Of a stretch of DNA of 64,000 nucleotides, positions 9,146-21,198 are shown piece by piece. The stretch lies in sequence record MH791414.1; one strand, given 5' to 3'. A model generated the notes under the pieces. It was not told the origin of the DNA. It made no database searches and saw nothing but the letters and a program-made list of their open reading frames with translations. A program made the translations under genes and the position numbers. The first letter of the stretch is position 1. Each line of letters opens with the position of its first letter.

Positions 9146-10392
9146 AGTTTACTCCTTAAAACGTCAAGTAAAAAGCATAGATTCCAATGGATATCCCAAG
9201 GATCGACATGCAAACAACCGCCGTATCCATAGTAGACCATTTGTGGGGAGCTTTGTCAACAAGAATATCAAAAGTATATTTCTTCATTTTTAATCTCAAT
9301 CTCGAACGTTGAAATAGTCGTCACCATAGTCTTCTGTAAGTGCATCGTGTTCACTACGGTCGAATAATTGTACCTTAACTTTTGTAGAGATACTACCACA
9401 ATTATCACGATGTTCCACATCTACCCAGAGACTAATATTTTCCTTGATATACCGCACCAAAAATTCCTGATTTTGGGTAACCCAGTTTTCGTAAGCAACA
9501 TCTTTTTCGTTAGCCATATATTAAACCTCTACTTTGATAATTTCATAACCGTAACCGAGATAACCAAGCTCTTTCTGCATCGCAGCAGCGCGTCCTTGCG
9601 CTTGGAAATATGAAGCACCGTCGTACTGGTTCATGGTCTCAATGAATACCGCAACCACATAGTCGAACGAATCCGGGCCGTTTTCGATTACTGCGTGGGC
9701 CTGACGAAACTTGACCCCTTTACGAATGGTTGACTTTGCTTGTTCCAGCTTGGTCTTGATTGCTTCGTTCATCATAACTTTAGTATCCATGGTTATCTCC
9801 TTTTGTTTCGACAATGAGAGTATCCCATGATTGGGATACCCTGTCAACTGAAATAGTAAATTTCTTTTGTATAATCGAAATCTGGTTCGACCATCCCTTC
9901 GATGTAACCTAGGATCCACCAACTAAGATTCCCATCTTCTTCATCTGGGGACCAAAATTCGTTAAGGTCGTCCACGCGAAGATCGAACTCATATTGTGAT
10001 TTCCAGATAATAACCGCCCCATTACGATCTATGGTAATGACAAACTTCTCACCAATAGACGCCGGTACTTCAATTTCAAGTCCGTTTCTAATAGTTACAG
10101 TTTGTTGATATGGGGTATATTTCAGCTTCATACTTTACATCCAGTCAATACAACGATCTCATAGTCTTCTAGTGGAAAACCTACGTCTGGGTCTGAATAC
10201 CCAGTATCAATATCACGGCGAATCTGTCCACGATTTAAAACATACTGGATGTCCAGATAGTTAGGGACACACCACACATTATCCGCATATTCATATTCAG
10301 TCAAATTATATGTGGTTTCACCATCTATAAAGCTAGTAAAAACTTCCCACCCGGCAAATTTTCCAGTTTCTTTGTGAGCCAACGCAAACATT

Positions 10393-11325
10393 TTAACCTC
10401 CAAAAGGTCTAAGCATATGTTCATTTTTCAAAAACAAAGAAAGATAGTTTTCGCCTTTCTTGTTCTGTTCATCGTAAATCTGGATAACTTTTGTATAATT
10501 CTCCCAAGCATATTCACGGAACCAGCCGGATGTGATAGAGGTACAAACTTTTTCTAAAGCCATTGAGAAAGCCTGACCGGGGGAGAGCTTACCGGGAAAT
10601 GGGATTATAGACCGCTCTAAAGCCAAAACGCAAGCTTCTTCGTACACACCAAACAGCTTTGTTTGTTCTTCGCAATCAAAGAATTTTTGTTTTGATGTCA
10701 TGACTTCTTTACCATCCATCATGTAATTGCGATAGGCTGGTTTATCTTTTACTGCAATTGCTTCATGAATGGAGTCGTGGTCTATCGTATAGATATCATC
10801 TTTGAAAAAACTTTGTTTATCAACATTTAGCTTAGGATGACCATAATTCAAAGTCTCATCTTGTCGTTTTATATAAATTTGGTTTTCAATATCATTCATG
10901 ACTACACCGTGATCACGAAGATTATGAATCGTTTTCATAGTTTTTATGAAATTTCGTGTATTCTTCTTATATCGATGTGCCATTTTTATTGCTAAAAGAA
11001 CACCAAGAGGCGCATTCTGGATCACCCCATGTTTATTACCTAGGTAATTAGCAATCATATCATCAGAGGAACCGGGTTCGATGATATAGGCTTCGTGGTA
11101 GCAACACCGGGATTTCCCATCGTCTACAACGAAGGCACGGACGTTTTTAGATTGAACTCTAACGGGCCTTCCCATCATCAATTCTTCATATTCAGTCCAT
11201 TCCTCATCTGTTGCAATGAAGTCATAATCCATGTCTTTGTTTGGTACAAAATTATATCCAAGAAGAGTTGATAGCCCTTCTATCTCTGCGCGTGATCCTA
11301 TCTGAATCATTACCATACACCTCAT
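10393..11325 (-). CDS. putative nucleotidyltransferase-fold protein (conserved phage family)
   Basis: N-terminal IGSRA...DMDYDFI resembles the GS...DxD signature; conserved DHDSIHE and TSITSGWFRE segments; true start probably 11316 or 11310 (SD GAGGTG). Confidence 0.55.
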   Translation of the reverse strand: MRCMVMIQIGSRAEIEGLSTLLGYNFVPNKDMDYDFIATDEEWTEYEELMMGRPVRVQSKNVRAFVVDDGKSRCCYHEAYIIEPGSSDDMIANYLGNKHGVIQNAPLGVLLAIKMAHRYKKNTRNFIKTMKTIHNLRDHGVVMNDIENQIYIKRQDETLNYGHPKLNVDKQSFFKDDIYTIDHDSIHEAIAVKDKPAYRNYMMDGKEVMTSKQKFFDCEEQTKLFGVYEEACVLALERSIIPFPGKLSPGQAFSMALEKVCTSITSGWFREYAWENYTKVIQIYDEQNKKGENYLSLFLKNEHMLRPFGG

Positions 11326-11329
11326 AATA

Positions 11330-11345
11330 GGGGGTAACTACCCCC
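11330..11345 (-). terminator. GC hairpin / weak terminator between the peptide genes and the enzyme gene
   Basis: GGGGGT/ACCCCC stem, 4-nt loop, only TATTAT downstream. Confidence 0.5.
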
Positions 11346-11355
11346 CTTTATTCGT

Positions 11356-11574
11356 TTAGCAGCTACTTTCTTCCCAGACGTGGTTATCATCCTCGTCTAC
11401 AGTAAATCCTTCACCACCTTCACCATAACAAGAACTGCTCAACCAATCCTCGAACCGAATCTGACCATGTTCAATTTCCATACCATAATCATTCTGGCTT
11501 GCAAGTTCTCGTACTTCTTTAATCTTTTCCGCCAGTTCTTTGGCTTTTTCTATCAATTCTTGACTACGTGCCAT
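11356..11574 (-). CDS. 72-aa peptide with WLSSSC and terminal WEESSC motifs
   Basis: ORF track; SD AAGGA; helical N-terminal half, acidic Gly-rich C-terminal half. Confidence 0.75.
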   Translation of the reverse strand: MARSQELIEKAKELAEKIKEVRELASQNDYGMEIEHGQIRFEDWLSSSCYGEGGEGFTVDEDDNHVWEESSC

Positions 11575-11592
11575 TTTTATTTCCTTTTAATT

Positions 11593-11877
11593 TTAACATT
11601 CATCACTAGAGCTGACCCAAACGCCAACATCATTTACTTCATCACCCCAACCACGATATTCGCCAGCAGGATAATATGTTCGACCATACCCATAATCACC
11701 AACAGAGAAAACAACATTCTCCTTATCTGCAATAATGGTTGCAATATCTTCTAGCTGTTGTGACAGATACAGGGTGTTTTTAATTTTAATATTACCCGGT
11801 ATTGTCTTATTTTCCAATTCCAATTCCAGTTTTTGAATTTCAGATTTCAGTTTCTGGATAGATTCGTTAATTTCCAT
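11593..11877 (-). CDS. 94-aa peptide ending WVSSSDEC
   Basis: ORF track; SD AGGA; coiled-coil N-terminus, Gly/Tyr-rich C-terminus. Confidence 0.75.
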   Translation of the reverse strand: MEINESIQKLKSEIQKLELELENKTIPGNIKIKNTLYLSQQLEDIATIIADKENVVFSVGDYGYGRTYYPAGEYRGWGDEVNDVGVWVSSSDEC

Positions 11878-12394
11878 TAATTTTCCTACTCATTTACTAT
11901 TACATGGATAAAAGTTTCGTTTCTGTCAAATTGTACTGATGCATTGTATCCTAAATTGCATAAATGTGCAACAAATTGTGATACACTACCAGATTTCAGT
12001 TTCAAAGCGCTTGGATAAAAAGATTTTGCCATTTTATTGTCAGAAAGAAATTCCGACACCATTAAACTCATTGCCTCTTCGAAATTTTGGTTTTGGTTCT
12101 TCTTAATTTCTTTGAATAGATCTCTACTTTTCATTTTTCAATCCATATAATCATTGTGGTTATAATACTTTTGATAAATATTAACTGGGATATATTCGTA
12201 TCCGTCAATTTCATAAAATTCAAAATTTACGGAATTAAATACGGTATCAAACCCGTCTAACCATACATCGGTGTGACATCCATGTACATGAAGACTACTA
12301 ACCTCATAATACCGATATAACTCCAAATCGCGACACTTATCTTTATCTCGGTCATACCCAGCATTCGGGTTGGTAAATTGTGCGTATAAATTCA

Positions 12395-12907
12395 TCATTC
12401 TACCTCAACCTCGATAGAAAAGTCATTACCTGCTAAGGTAGAACCGTAGACTTTTTCATCGTTTAGATAAATATAAACTCGACCACCATCGTAAGATAAT
12501 TTGATATTTTTTACGGATGTGTTTTTGATCTCAGATCCCACAGTATGTTTTGCAACATTATATTCGTGTGATTGATAATGTGTTCTAACTTGGGTTTTAT
12601 CAGAAGCTCCATAGTTAAAACGTCGTAAACCTCGTTCCAACTCTTTTTTGGTCAAGCTATTACGGATCATATCAGAATTAATACTTTCTCGAAATTCTTT
12701 TTCTGATTTAAATTGTCCTGCGTAATTCTTGAGAAATCCGAAGAAAAACGAGCTAGTGATATGCTTACTTGTATGGAGTTCCAACGTTTTGGGCATAGCA
12801 TACATAAAAGCCTGTTTTGCTGCTCTATTCCCCTGTTCTGGACCAGTACACAGATGGAAACCCGAACATAAGTCGTCAAAGTCAACTTTCATGGTTCTTT
12901 CCTGCAA
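12395..12907 (-). CDS. STAS-like (DUF4325-type) domain protein
   Basis: CTGPEQG...ITSSFFFGFL matches the remembered STAS-like SSF motif. Confidence 0.5.
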   Translation of the reverse strand: MQERTMKVDFDDLCSGFHLCTGPEQGNRAAKQAFMYAMPKTLELHTSKHITSSFFFGFLKNYAGQFKSEKEFRESINSDMIRNSLTKKELERGLRRFNYGASDKTQVRTHYQSHEYNVAKHTVGSEIKNTSVKNIKLSYDGGRVYIYLNDEKVYGSTLAGNDFSIEVEVE

Positions 12908-14751
12908 TCAAAAGAACAATCCCAACAATAACCGGACTGAAAATCAGTGACCCAATAACCCAAGCAAACGGATTTCGATTATATACATATGCGGCAGCTG
13001 CTACCAACAAAGTCATAACAATAAATAGAGGATCGAATATGTACATAATTTATTCCTCACATTGGAAAAATTGTTTCAATTCCCAATCGTACACGCATAC
13101 GCTAAATGGCAAATATCCACCTACATATTTTGCAAAGAACATATACCCTTGTGGTTCTTTTTGGAAAGGATCCTCGGTGACGAAAATATCTTGTTTGTTT
13201 TCGTTTGCAATACGGAAGATATCAACCAATTCTTTGTTAAGTTCCAAAATTTCATCGTCAATAGCCGAATTCAGAAAATCTTGTGGTTTGGTCATAATAA
13301 CTTTTTTCATTTTTTCATAGCCTCTTGTTGAGTTTCAATAATGCGGAATTTTTGAAGATTCGTGTTTTTGGAAAAAATCATGGGTGATACCAAACCGGTT
13401 TTAAAATTATAGGTTGAGATTACAGACCCGGTATCTATGTTAACACCATACCCAGACACACCACAAGTCATAATCACCCCAGATGCAAAATTTTCCCCTT
13501 GTACCCATTTACCTTCTAATGCAGCGTCGATTGCTTCATGCATATTCAGATTATACATATAATTGTTCCTTTTTTACTGTTGTGGGTATTTTGGGTGGTA
13601 TTCAGTAACCCAACTACATTGATACACTTTCTTTTCAACGATATCGTATTTGGTTGGGATCATATCCCGCCCAAATACAAAAAACATACACATCCAACCG
13701 ACTAACATACATTTGTAATACCATTTAAAACGGTCTTTATATGATATTGTCGCAATGAGTGCAATTATAATGGGGAGAATCAACCCCATTGTGGTTATAC
13801 CAACCGCCCACCAAAGACGCATCACCATCAAGTCTGTCATGTTAAACTCCTTATGAATTATTTCATCTTACTAAAAACAACGAGCATATCGTAATCGGAT
13901 TCTACTGGGTTACGCCAACATTCATTAACGCCATCCCAGATCCTTGGTCCGTGTATGATTGGATTATACTGATCTTTTCCAGAATAGCAAGCAATCAAAC
14001 CCAATTCTTTTTGGACCTTGGATGAATTCAACCATGCTAAGTGTGCAGACCCAAACAAATTTGAAAAATGATATACATCTTGGTGGTCTTTGTGATATGC
14101 GACAATGTAATATTGCCAGTCTTTTCCTAGAAACATTTTACTACCTCTTACTCTATACTAACAATCATTCTGCCACCACAAATTTGATTTCCAAACCGGA
14201 ATAAAATTCATTGTCAAGGTCAACCGGATACCACCCAGATTCCCAATATTCGATTGATCCTTTTTCGTTTATTTTCCAGTTTTCGGATTGGACACACCCG
14301 GTATTATCTACCCAAACCGCAACGAAAACACCGCTATCTGGTAAAATATTAGTCAGTCTCATATTATATTCCTTACCATACTTATTAAAAAGCCTGTACA
14401 CATATGGTACAGGCTTTTTCTAAAAGGTCAAGCGTTATTCATATACAATGACGGTTTTTTCTACCGGGAACACTTCTGGACAATCAATTTCGTCTGGTTC
14501 GTACTCATATGGACTTTCGTCTTGACATTCTGTAGAACCTTCAGACCAACCAGTCCGATAGAACTTGGTTACGCCCTCTTGTGTTACCGAAAATACTTGG
14601 TCATAAAACGTACTCCAACGACTCGTATCTACAATATCTTTTTCTACAGATTTAACAATAGTAGGAACTTCGAAACCATAATCCCCTGCTTCCAGATTCA
14701 TGATCGATTCGTATACCATATCTACCAAAAATTCTTTTTGAAATTTCATTT

Positions 14752-15939
14752 TTAATCTTTCCATTTATTTGGAACAAATTGTTCCGGATATTTACAAATT
14801 ACTTCCATAATAGCAGGGACAAGTTCAAGGTTTGTTCCTTGAAACATCTTCATCGCAATATTAAAGAACATCTGTTCATTTGCGAATGCACCCTTCATAT
14901 GAATCGCATACTCTCGGCGTTCCATACCAGAACATTTTGCATACTCTTCCTTTAGTTTCTGATATGCATTCCCAGCAACACCAATTACATGGTCTTCAAA
15001 ATCTTTGATCTTGGTAAGGGAATTAACATCGTCGATAAACAGTTGACGTAGATCATCAGACGCCCCCTTAGCAACACAGCAAACCAGCTCTTTGTTGTTG
15101 GTGATAGAATCCTTGGTCCGGTGTAGTGCAACGTAAGATTCGGTTTTCACCTTAACCCGAGTACCATCTTTAAATACCAGAATATACCCTTCGATACCCT
15201 TATCTTTATACATATTAGCAACTGCTTGCTCGATATTAGTACCTTCCACAAACATAAACTGATCTACGGAATATTTCAGGAAAACCGGAGACCGAAGAAG
15301 TTCGTTATTAGGGTAATACTCCCCAGTTTCACGATGCCGAACGTTCAAGATCTTCAGGCTTTCTTGCGGGTACAGAATAACGATTTGATTTTTTGGAGAG
15401 CACCATTCCAAATTCACAGTATAACCCGCATCTTCACAATCTTGAATAAACCCCATCAGGTCCTCACGATCTGGGTGATACAACCAACGGTTTGCATCGT
15501 TCGCCTGTTCGCTATGGAGTGACGTTTTACTCTTCAGAAGATAATTAGTACGGACGTTATCAGAAGGATCAACAAAATGGTATGAACTCATCAGACTACC
15601 ATCTGCTTTATCTTCATATCGATCAATATTGTCATATTCCAGTACAGGCTTTTGAAGTGCGGAGATACCACCATCCGTGATGTTCCAAGCTTGACGTTCA
15701 GCAAGGTTGAAAAACTTCTCCATAGGACGGCTGGCAATTCGATATGGTTCACCATTGACCATCTCAAACATGATACCACGACATTCTAGAGCGTCTGGTA
15801 GCATCCATTGGGTAAGACCGGCAATATGGTAGGAAAATACCCGCATATGATTACCAAAGGATGTGTAATGGTCTACAAAGAAGAAATATTTATCCTCTTG
15901 GTTACAAAGATTAATAAGGTTGTTGTACAATTGTTTCAT
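14752..15939 (-). CDS. rnlA: RNA ligase 1
   Basis: ECRGIMFE, SRPMEKFFN, K-x-DGSL (EDKADGSL), LKSK, EGY and KVKT motifs of T4 Rnl1. Confidence 0.93.
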   Translation of the reverse strand: MKQLYNNLINLCNQEDKYFFFVDHYTSFGNHMRVFSYHIAGLTQWMLPDALECRGIMFEMVNGEPYRIASRPMEKFFNLAERQAWNITDGGISALQKPVLEYDNIDRYEDKADGSLMSSYHFVDPSDNVRTNYLLKSKTSLHSEQANDANRWLYHPDREDLMGFIQDCEDAGYTVNLEWCSPKNQIVILYPQESLKILNVRHRETGEYYPNNELLRSPVFLKYSVDQFMFVEGTNIEQAVANMYKDKGIEGYILVFKDGTRVKVKTESYVALHRTKDSITNNKELVCCVAKGASDDLRQLFIDDVNSLTKIKDFEDHVIGVAGNAYQKLKEEYAKCSGMERREYAIHMKGAFANEQMFFNIAMKMFQGTNLELVPAIMEVICKYPEQFVPNKWKD

Positions 15940-17042
15940 GTTTTAAATCCCGTCTAAATTTGAGTATGTTTCATCGATACAATCTTGTAGCTTTTCCAAA
16001 CCAATTTCGTGAACGATATCCGATAAACTATTATTGATGACCAATTCTTGGATCAATTCCGATAGGTCTACCCCTTCTAGTTCAACAAAAACCCCATTAT
16101 CACAATACTGGCTTTGTTGCCAAAGGGAAACTAACGCATCACATTTAATTTTAAGATTCATAGTCAACGCATCCACATATTTACAGTATTCATGTCTTCC
16201 AAATCCTGTTCGGAAAGCTCAAATTTTTCATCACCTCGGTTTACTGCCTCAATTGCGTTCTTTGTGAGGATTGCCAAACGAGAAAATACATCGTGATATT
16301 TTTGTAGTTTTTCTATATCTTCAATTTGTTGTACTTCTACAATCATAAAAAATCCTTGATTAGGTTATATTCATCATAAGAGAGTTCTATGGACTCGACA
16401 TACTTGGAATGTTTAACAATCTCATAGATTTTATAATAAACTTTCCAAGTTTCTTCGTTAAGGTGGTTCATAACATCCGGTGAACTAAAACACCACATTT
16501 CAGTAAGTTCGCTAGTTTTTAGAATTAATTTCATGGACGTTTCCTTTGTTTAATTCGTTCTTGGATCCGGGCTATCGCCTCTTCTCGTTCATTAACATTT
16601 AAGGTGTAACCAATTTTCAACATATGCATATATTCTCTTTCTTCCTCAGTAAGAAAATCTAATGCAGTGTACCAAAATTGTTGACCACCGACACGAGAAG
16701 ATAAATATTCTGTTAGCCTTTCTTGGGCAACGTCACCCACACGTTGGATTTCCGATACAACCCTTTCTCGACCTAGGTTTTTGAATAACGCATTGGCTTT
16801 ATCTTCAAAATACATATTAACCCTCCAAATCCAACCAAAAGAACTTGTTCTTTTTGAAAAAGGTTTTCCTTTCGTCTTGGCTCATATTCAACACTTGGTG
16901 TTGGAAAATATTAGACTTCCAAGATGGAGACGGTTGTGTGAATTTATGAGGTAGTTCACCTAACTTATAACAAGATTGTGACAATACTTCATATATTGGA
17001 AGACCATTTTCGATATCATAATTCTTAATATCCATAATATTC

Positions 17043-17348
17043 TCATATGTCAAATAGCTTGTCTAAGGAAGGTTCAAATAGTTTATTGACAACGTAGGCT
17101 AAAATATCTGCATGACATTTCTTAGGCTTACAGCAGCAACCAAGTCGTTTTCCTTCCAATTCTTTAAAATCAGCTCTGGTTAAATTTCCAGATCGTATTT
17201 GTTTCATCAAGTAATTTTTATATTGTTCTAGAACAACATCACGATCTTCTTCTTTCTTCAAGAAGACCGGGTTTCCCCATTTTGACGGACGCATAACAAC
17301 AACATCACATGGTTCCTTGTTGATGTTTACAGCCACACATTTTTTCAT
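17043..17348 (-). CDS. DUF4326-like protein
   Basis: RPSKWGNP...L.GKRLGCCCKP..CHADIL. Confidence 0.8.
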   Translation of the reverse strand: MKKCVAVNINKEPCDVVVMRPSKWGNPVFLKKEEDRDVVLEQYKNYLMKQIRSGNLTRADFKELEGKRLGCCCKPKKCHADILAYVVNKLFEPSLDKLFDI

Positions 17349-17565
17349 TATTCGATTTTATAAACAGTTCCGCTTTTGGTAGAAACAGAGACAAGTACAT
17401 CATCTTCATATTCCCACCCAGTAATAACGGAAGTTGTGATCACCGCACCATCAGTAAACCGACCCAATTTGTCATCGTATATGGTTCCGATCAATTTCTT
17501 TTCAAAGAAAGGATGTGGTTGTACATCCTTCAAAATAGCATCGTGCATTTTAATACCTCGGTTGT

Positions 17566-17940
17566 TCAATTTTTGTTAAAATGTATGTTCCATCGTGGGT
17601 TGATCGATTCGATGAGTTGTCTTTCTTCCCAATATAGACTCATACTATCATCAACTTTCCGAACATACAACCACAAATTTTTACCACTACTGATAAAGTC
17701 GGTAATTATTTTGTTCTTTTCTACATTGCTCTGTTTTGGGTTTGCCCAGTTAACCACGTTTCTATAAGTATCAAACCTCTTCCATAGGTCTTTTGCTTGA
17801 CCTATGTACATGACTTGGTTCCCGTAGACAAACGCATACAGAACGTTTTGGTAGAACGTAGGGACAAGGAACTCTCTTGACAATAGCCCTTGTTTATCTA
17901 ACCCCATTTTCGCGACTTTTTTAAATCCTTCCAGCTTCAC
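17566..17940 (-). CDS. denA: endonuclease II (GIY-YIG)
   Basis: LYAF...YIGQAKDLWKRFDTY...EE..LI...NPRWNIH aligns with T4 DenA; start reassigned to GTG 17940 behind SD AAGGAG; lies between td and rnlA as in T4. Confidence 0.85.
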   Translation of the reverse strand: MKLEGFKKVAKMGLDKQGLLSREFLVPTFYQNVLYAFVYGNQVMYIGQAKDLWKRFDTYRNVVNWANPKQSNVEKNKIITDFISSGKNLWLYVRKVDDSMSLYWEERQLIESINPRWNIHFNKN

Positions 17941-18962
17941 CCTTACTCCTTTGTCGAATTTTTGAGGTCCGACAAAGACGATGATACGAAACTTGGTTTG
18001 AAACCAAAGCCAATAGCATATCCATAATTTCACTCATATGGTCGTCAATGTCAAGATCTAGATTTTGTTCTTTACAAAATTTAATAAAAGAAGGTTCTAT
18101 TACCGTCATATCTGGGTCCGTTGCTAGTTTACTAAGACCCAACAACTCTGTAACGAATTCCTCACTATCTTCAATGTTTTTCAAAAAAGAAAATCGAGAA
18201 TCAAGGTCTTCGTACATAATTTTCATTAGTAGATTACCATGTGTATTCCAAGTACAAAATTCGTTATAAAAGAAGTATTTCATTTTTTATCCCTTTTTGG
18301 ATTGACGGATCATCTTATACTTTGTGAATTCGTAATTCATCACAGAAACCAGAATTTGGAAAATTTGATTCCGCAGTACCGGGCTAAATGGGATTTGTTG
18401 GTATTTCTCTTCTGGATAAACCCCAAAGCAATTACAATAATCCACGTGCATTTTATACAGTATAGAATCATTATGGCACGTATTATAAAAATGATCAACC
18501 ATTGCTTTGGTATATTCGCCACCAGACATATCATCAAATGACTTTACAAAAGGCTCTAATACCACCTCGATCATATTTGCGAGTTGCTGACCGTGTTTAG
18601 TCTGAACACCAAGATCATCAATATAGTTCATTTTTGTTTTCTCCGATTAACCCGATAATCCAGTCTTACATTTGCTGCCCACATAGTCACCTCACCAACA
18701 AAGATTTCGTATGCCTCGGTGTAATAATCGGGGTCCCTAACTTCGGTGATACCTGTGTTTTCGTGCATAGCGATAACTTTATACAAGTGGTGTGATTCCT
18801 TAGATAGTTCACAAACCATATTACACACAAAATAAAGAAGTTCAGGACCTTCCAGATCTGAGACCCCGGATTCCTTCGCATAATCTAGAATATACAAAGA
18901 ACACACCCGGTTAAAATCAAAACCCTTGCTGTTCAACATAAACATATTTTCATCAAAGAAAA

Positions 18963-19481
18963 TCATTTCATCATCCTTATAGCCTCGTCGGCTTTCTCTT
19001 TAGATAAACCTTCCCTATGGATCTTGACCAGTTTTTCATGGTCGTATTGAAGGTCATCAATAATAACGTATTTATCAACGCCGTGTTTCACCGCGTACTC
19101 TTCTGCACAAGTGAACCGGTATGAACCACCACCAGTATAATCTATAACACCGTCCAATTTCAACCCGGTAACACGAGTGAACATATGAGAACCAACACAA
19201 TCAACATTACCACCATTAAACCAAGAACTGATACCAATCAATTTCACATCATCATAGGCTCTCAGAACGTCATACAGGTTGTTTAGCATCCATGGGCATA
19301 TAAGGTATATGATCCCACCACAAACCTCCCATACGGCTTCTGGTGAGACGTATGAATCGACAATGTTTGTGTGAGTCATTACGGAAGTTTCATAGTTATT
19401 CAGGGGTCCGTCAACGTCTAGAAATACGAATCTAGTCATATCAACTCTCAGAGTAAACTTCAACGCCATAGGTTTCACCAT
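18963..19481 (-). CDS. HAD-superfamily phosphatase (RNA-repair associated type)
   Basis: FLDVDGPLN, ISSW and YVIIDD motifs. Confidence 0.75.
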   Translation of the reverse strand: MVKPMALKFTLRVDMTRFVFLDVDGPLNNYETSVMTHTNIVDSYVSPEAVWEVCGGIIYLICPWMLNNLYDVLRAYDDVKLIGISSWFNGGNVDCVGSHMFTRVTGLKLDGVIDYTGGGSYRFTCAEEYAVKHGVDKYVIIDDLQYDHEKLVKIHREGLSKEKADEAIRMMK

Positions 19482-21152
19482 TTAAAAAAATGGTATGTTG
19501 GAGTTGTCCAAAATATTGGACAATCCGGTCAATTGTGTCTAGGTTGACACCATTCATCACAAGTTCCCACCGGCTAAACCCAAATTCAGATTCTTGATAA
19601 TAAGTCTTGAACTTAACTTCTGTCTTAACTGTTGCCAACATGGACGCAATATTATGAAGAACCAATTCTTCTTGTGGTACAGATACACCATCTGCTTGCT
19701 CGACATAAGCAAACGTAGTTCCTCCGGTTTCTTCTTCTGCACCAGAAAAATCGTCCCAAATATTAATATAAATTTTTTTCATACCAAAGTCCCACCCTGA
19801 AGTAGATACATAACTTCTTCTGAATTGAGTTTACTTCGTATGGAATCAATCTTCTCTTTTCGAAGAATATCATCCCAATCCTGTTTCTCATTCACAAATT
19901 TGATGTTATCGCAAAGCTTAAATGTCAGTTTACCCAGATCTTCGTGGCATACCGTAATCATTTTGTATGCGATTGTAGATACGGTGTGTGTTGACCCATA
20001 AGTTTCCATTGCCAATTCTTTGGCTAGTTTATGGTTATCAGAGTACATAGCCACATACCCGTCAAGAGATCTGATTTCTCTTACATCATCCCGAATAGTA
20101 ACGGTTGCATTACTTAGCTTTTTCATTGAAGTATTCCTCATAGATATTATCAAAAATAGAAATAGATTTTTCTTTTAGTCTATCTGAAAATGGTTTGAAT
20201 GTATACCATTTACTCCAAAAAGAAAATTCCGAATTGTCGATCTTTCCTTCTAAAAGAAAGTTATCAGCTGGAATTGGATTGTAGAAGGAACCACTCAACC
20301 AAAAAGTAACATAATTTGAAATATGAGAAAAACTCATATACATGATACGGTTATCCGGATTTTTTCGGTTTTTACATTCCAGACGACGAATCTTCTTTCC
20401 AAGGACAACTTCCTTTTCAAAACCCATATTCATGATGTGAGTTTTGAAATACCGTTTTACATCAAATCCAGTGTCTTGAACTTTCCAGTAAAGCTTTTCT
20501 GCCTCTTCTACCAATCGGACAAGGCTAACTTTGTCTTGACCCAAGCTAATAGCTTCAACAAATACCGGCTCGATATCTGCATTTTTTATAAGGAGGTACT
20601 TAGTTTGGGTTTTCCCAACAACAATTGAAAACTCATAATCCCAGAGGTCGAAAACTCGACACCGAGAATCACATCTCAGTTTAGAATTGATCGCAGATTC
20701 GTATTTTGTTTTATATTCTAGCATACTTTTGATGCCAATCATAGACAACATCAAACAAACCGGTCGTCCATATTCATTCTGGGTATCTTGATTGTATGTT
20801 CTAATCATTAGTATTCTTCTCCATATGGAACATTGATATCATCTTCGAGAACCTTTTCACCATACTCAGTCCACCCACGATCCCAAGTATACACGATTTT
20901 ATCTTGTTTTTTACTCAACACATCGGCATAAACTTGGAGACTTTCAGAAAAAGGAAGATCTTTGAGGTCGTCTTTAGTCAAGTGATAAGAACGGATATCA
21001 AAATCGTCTCCATATTGCTGGGACATTTTACGACAAAAACTTTCGACATCCCACATTTTAGGTTTAGTCTCGGCCATCGTCCAAACAACACCACCCTTAA
21101 AAACAACAATTAACGTTTTCATGATATTCATCCTGCTGTAATTTGTATTGTC

Positions 21153-21181
21153 ATGATAAACAAAAGTCCCAACCGTGTCAA
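21153..21181 (-). promoter_or_regulatory. sigma70-like promoter overlapping the td terminator
   Basis: TTGACA, 17 bp, TATCAT. Confidence 0.7.
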
Positions 21182-21193
21182 CAGCTGGGACTT
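21164..21193 (-). terminator. terminator after td
   Basis: AAGTCCCA/TGGGACTT inverted repeat followed by TTGTTT. Confidence 0.65.
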
Positions 21194-21198
21194 AAAAT

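Noticed and set aside
17941-18033. N-terminal extension of denA given in the ORF track
   Set aside because: Overlaps the upstream gene; GTG 17940 has a strong SD and fits the T4 DenA alignment
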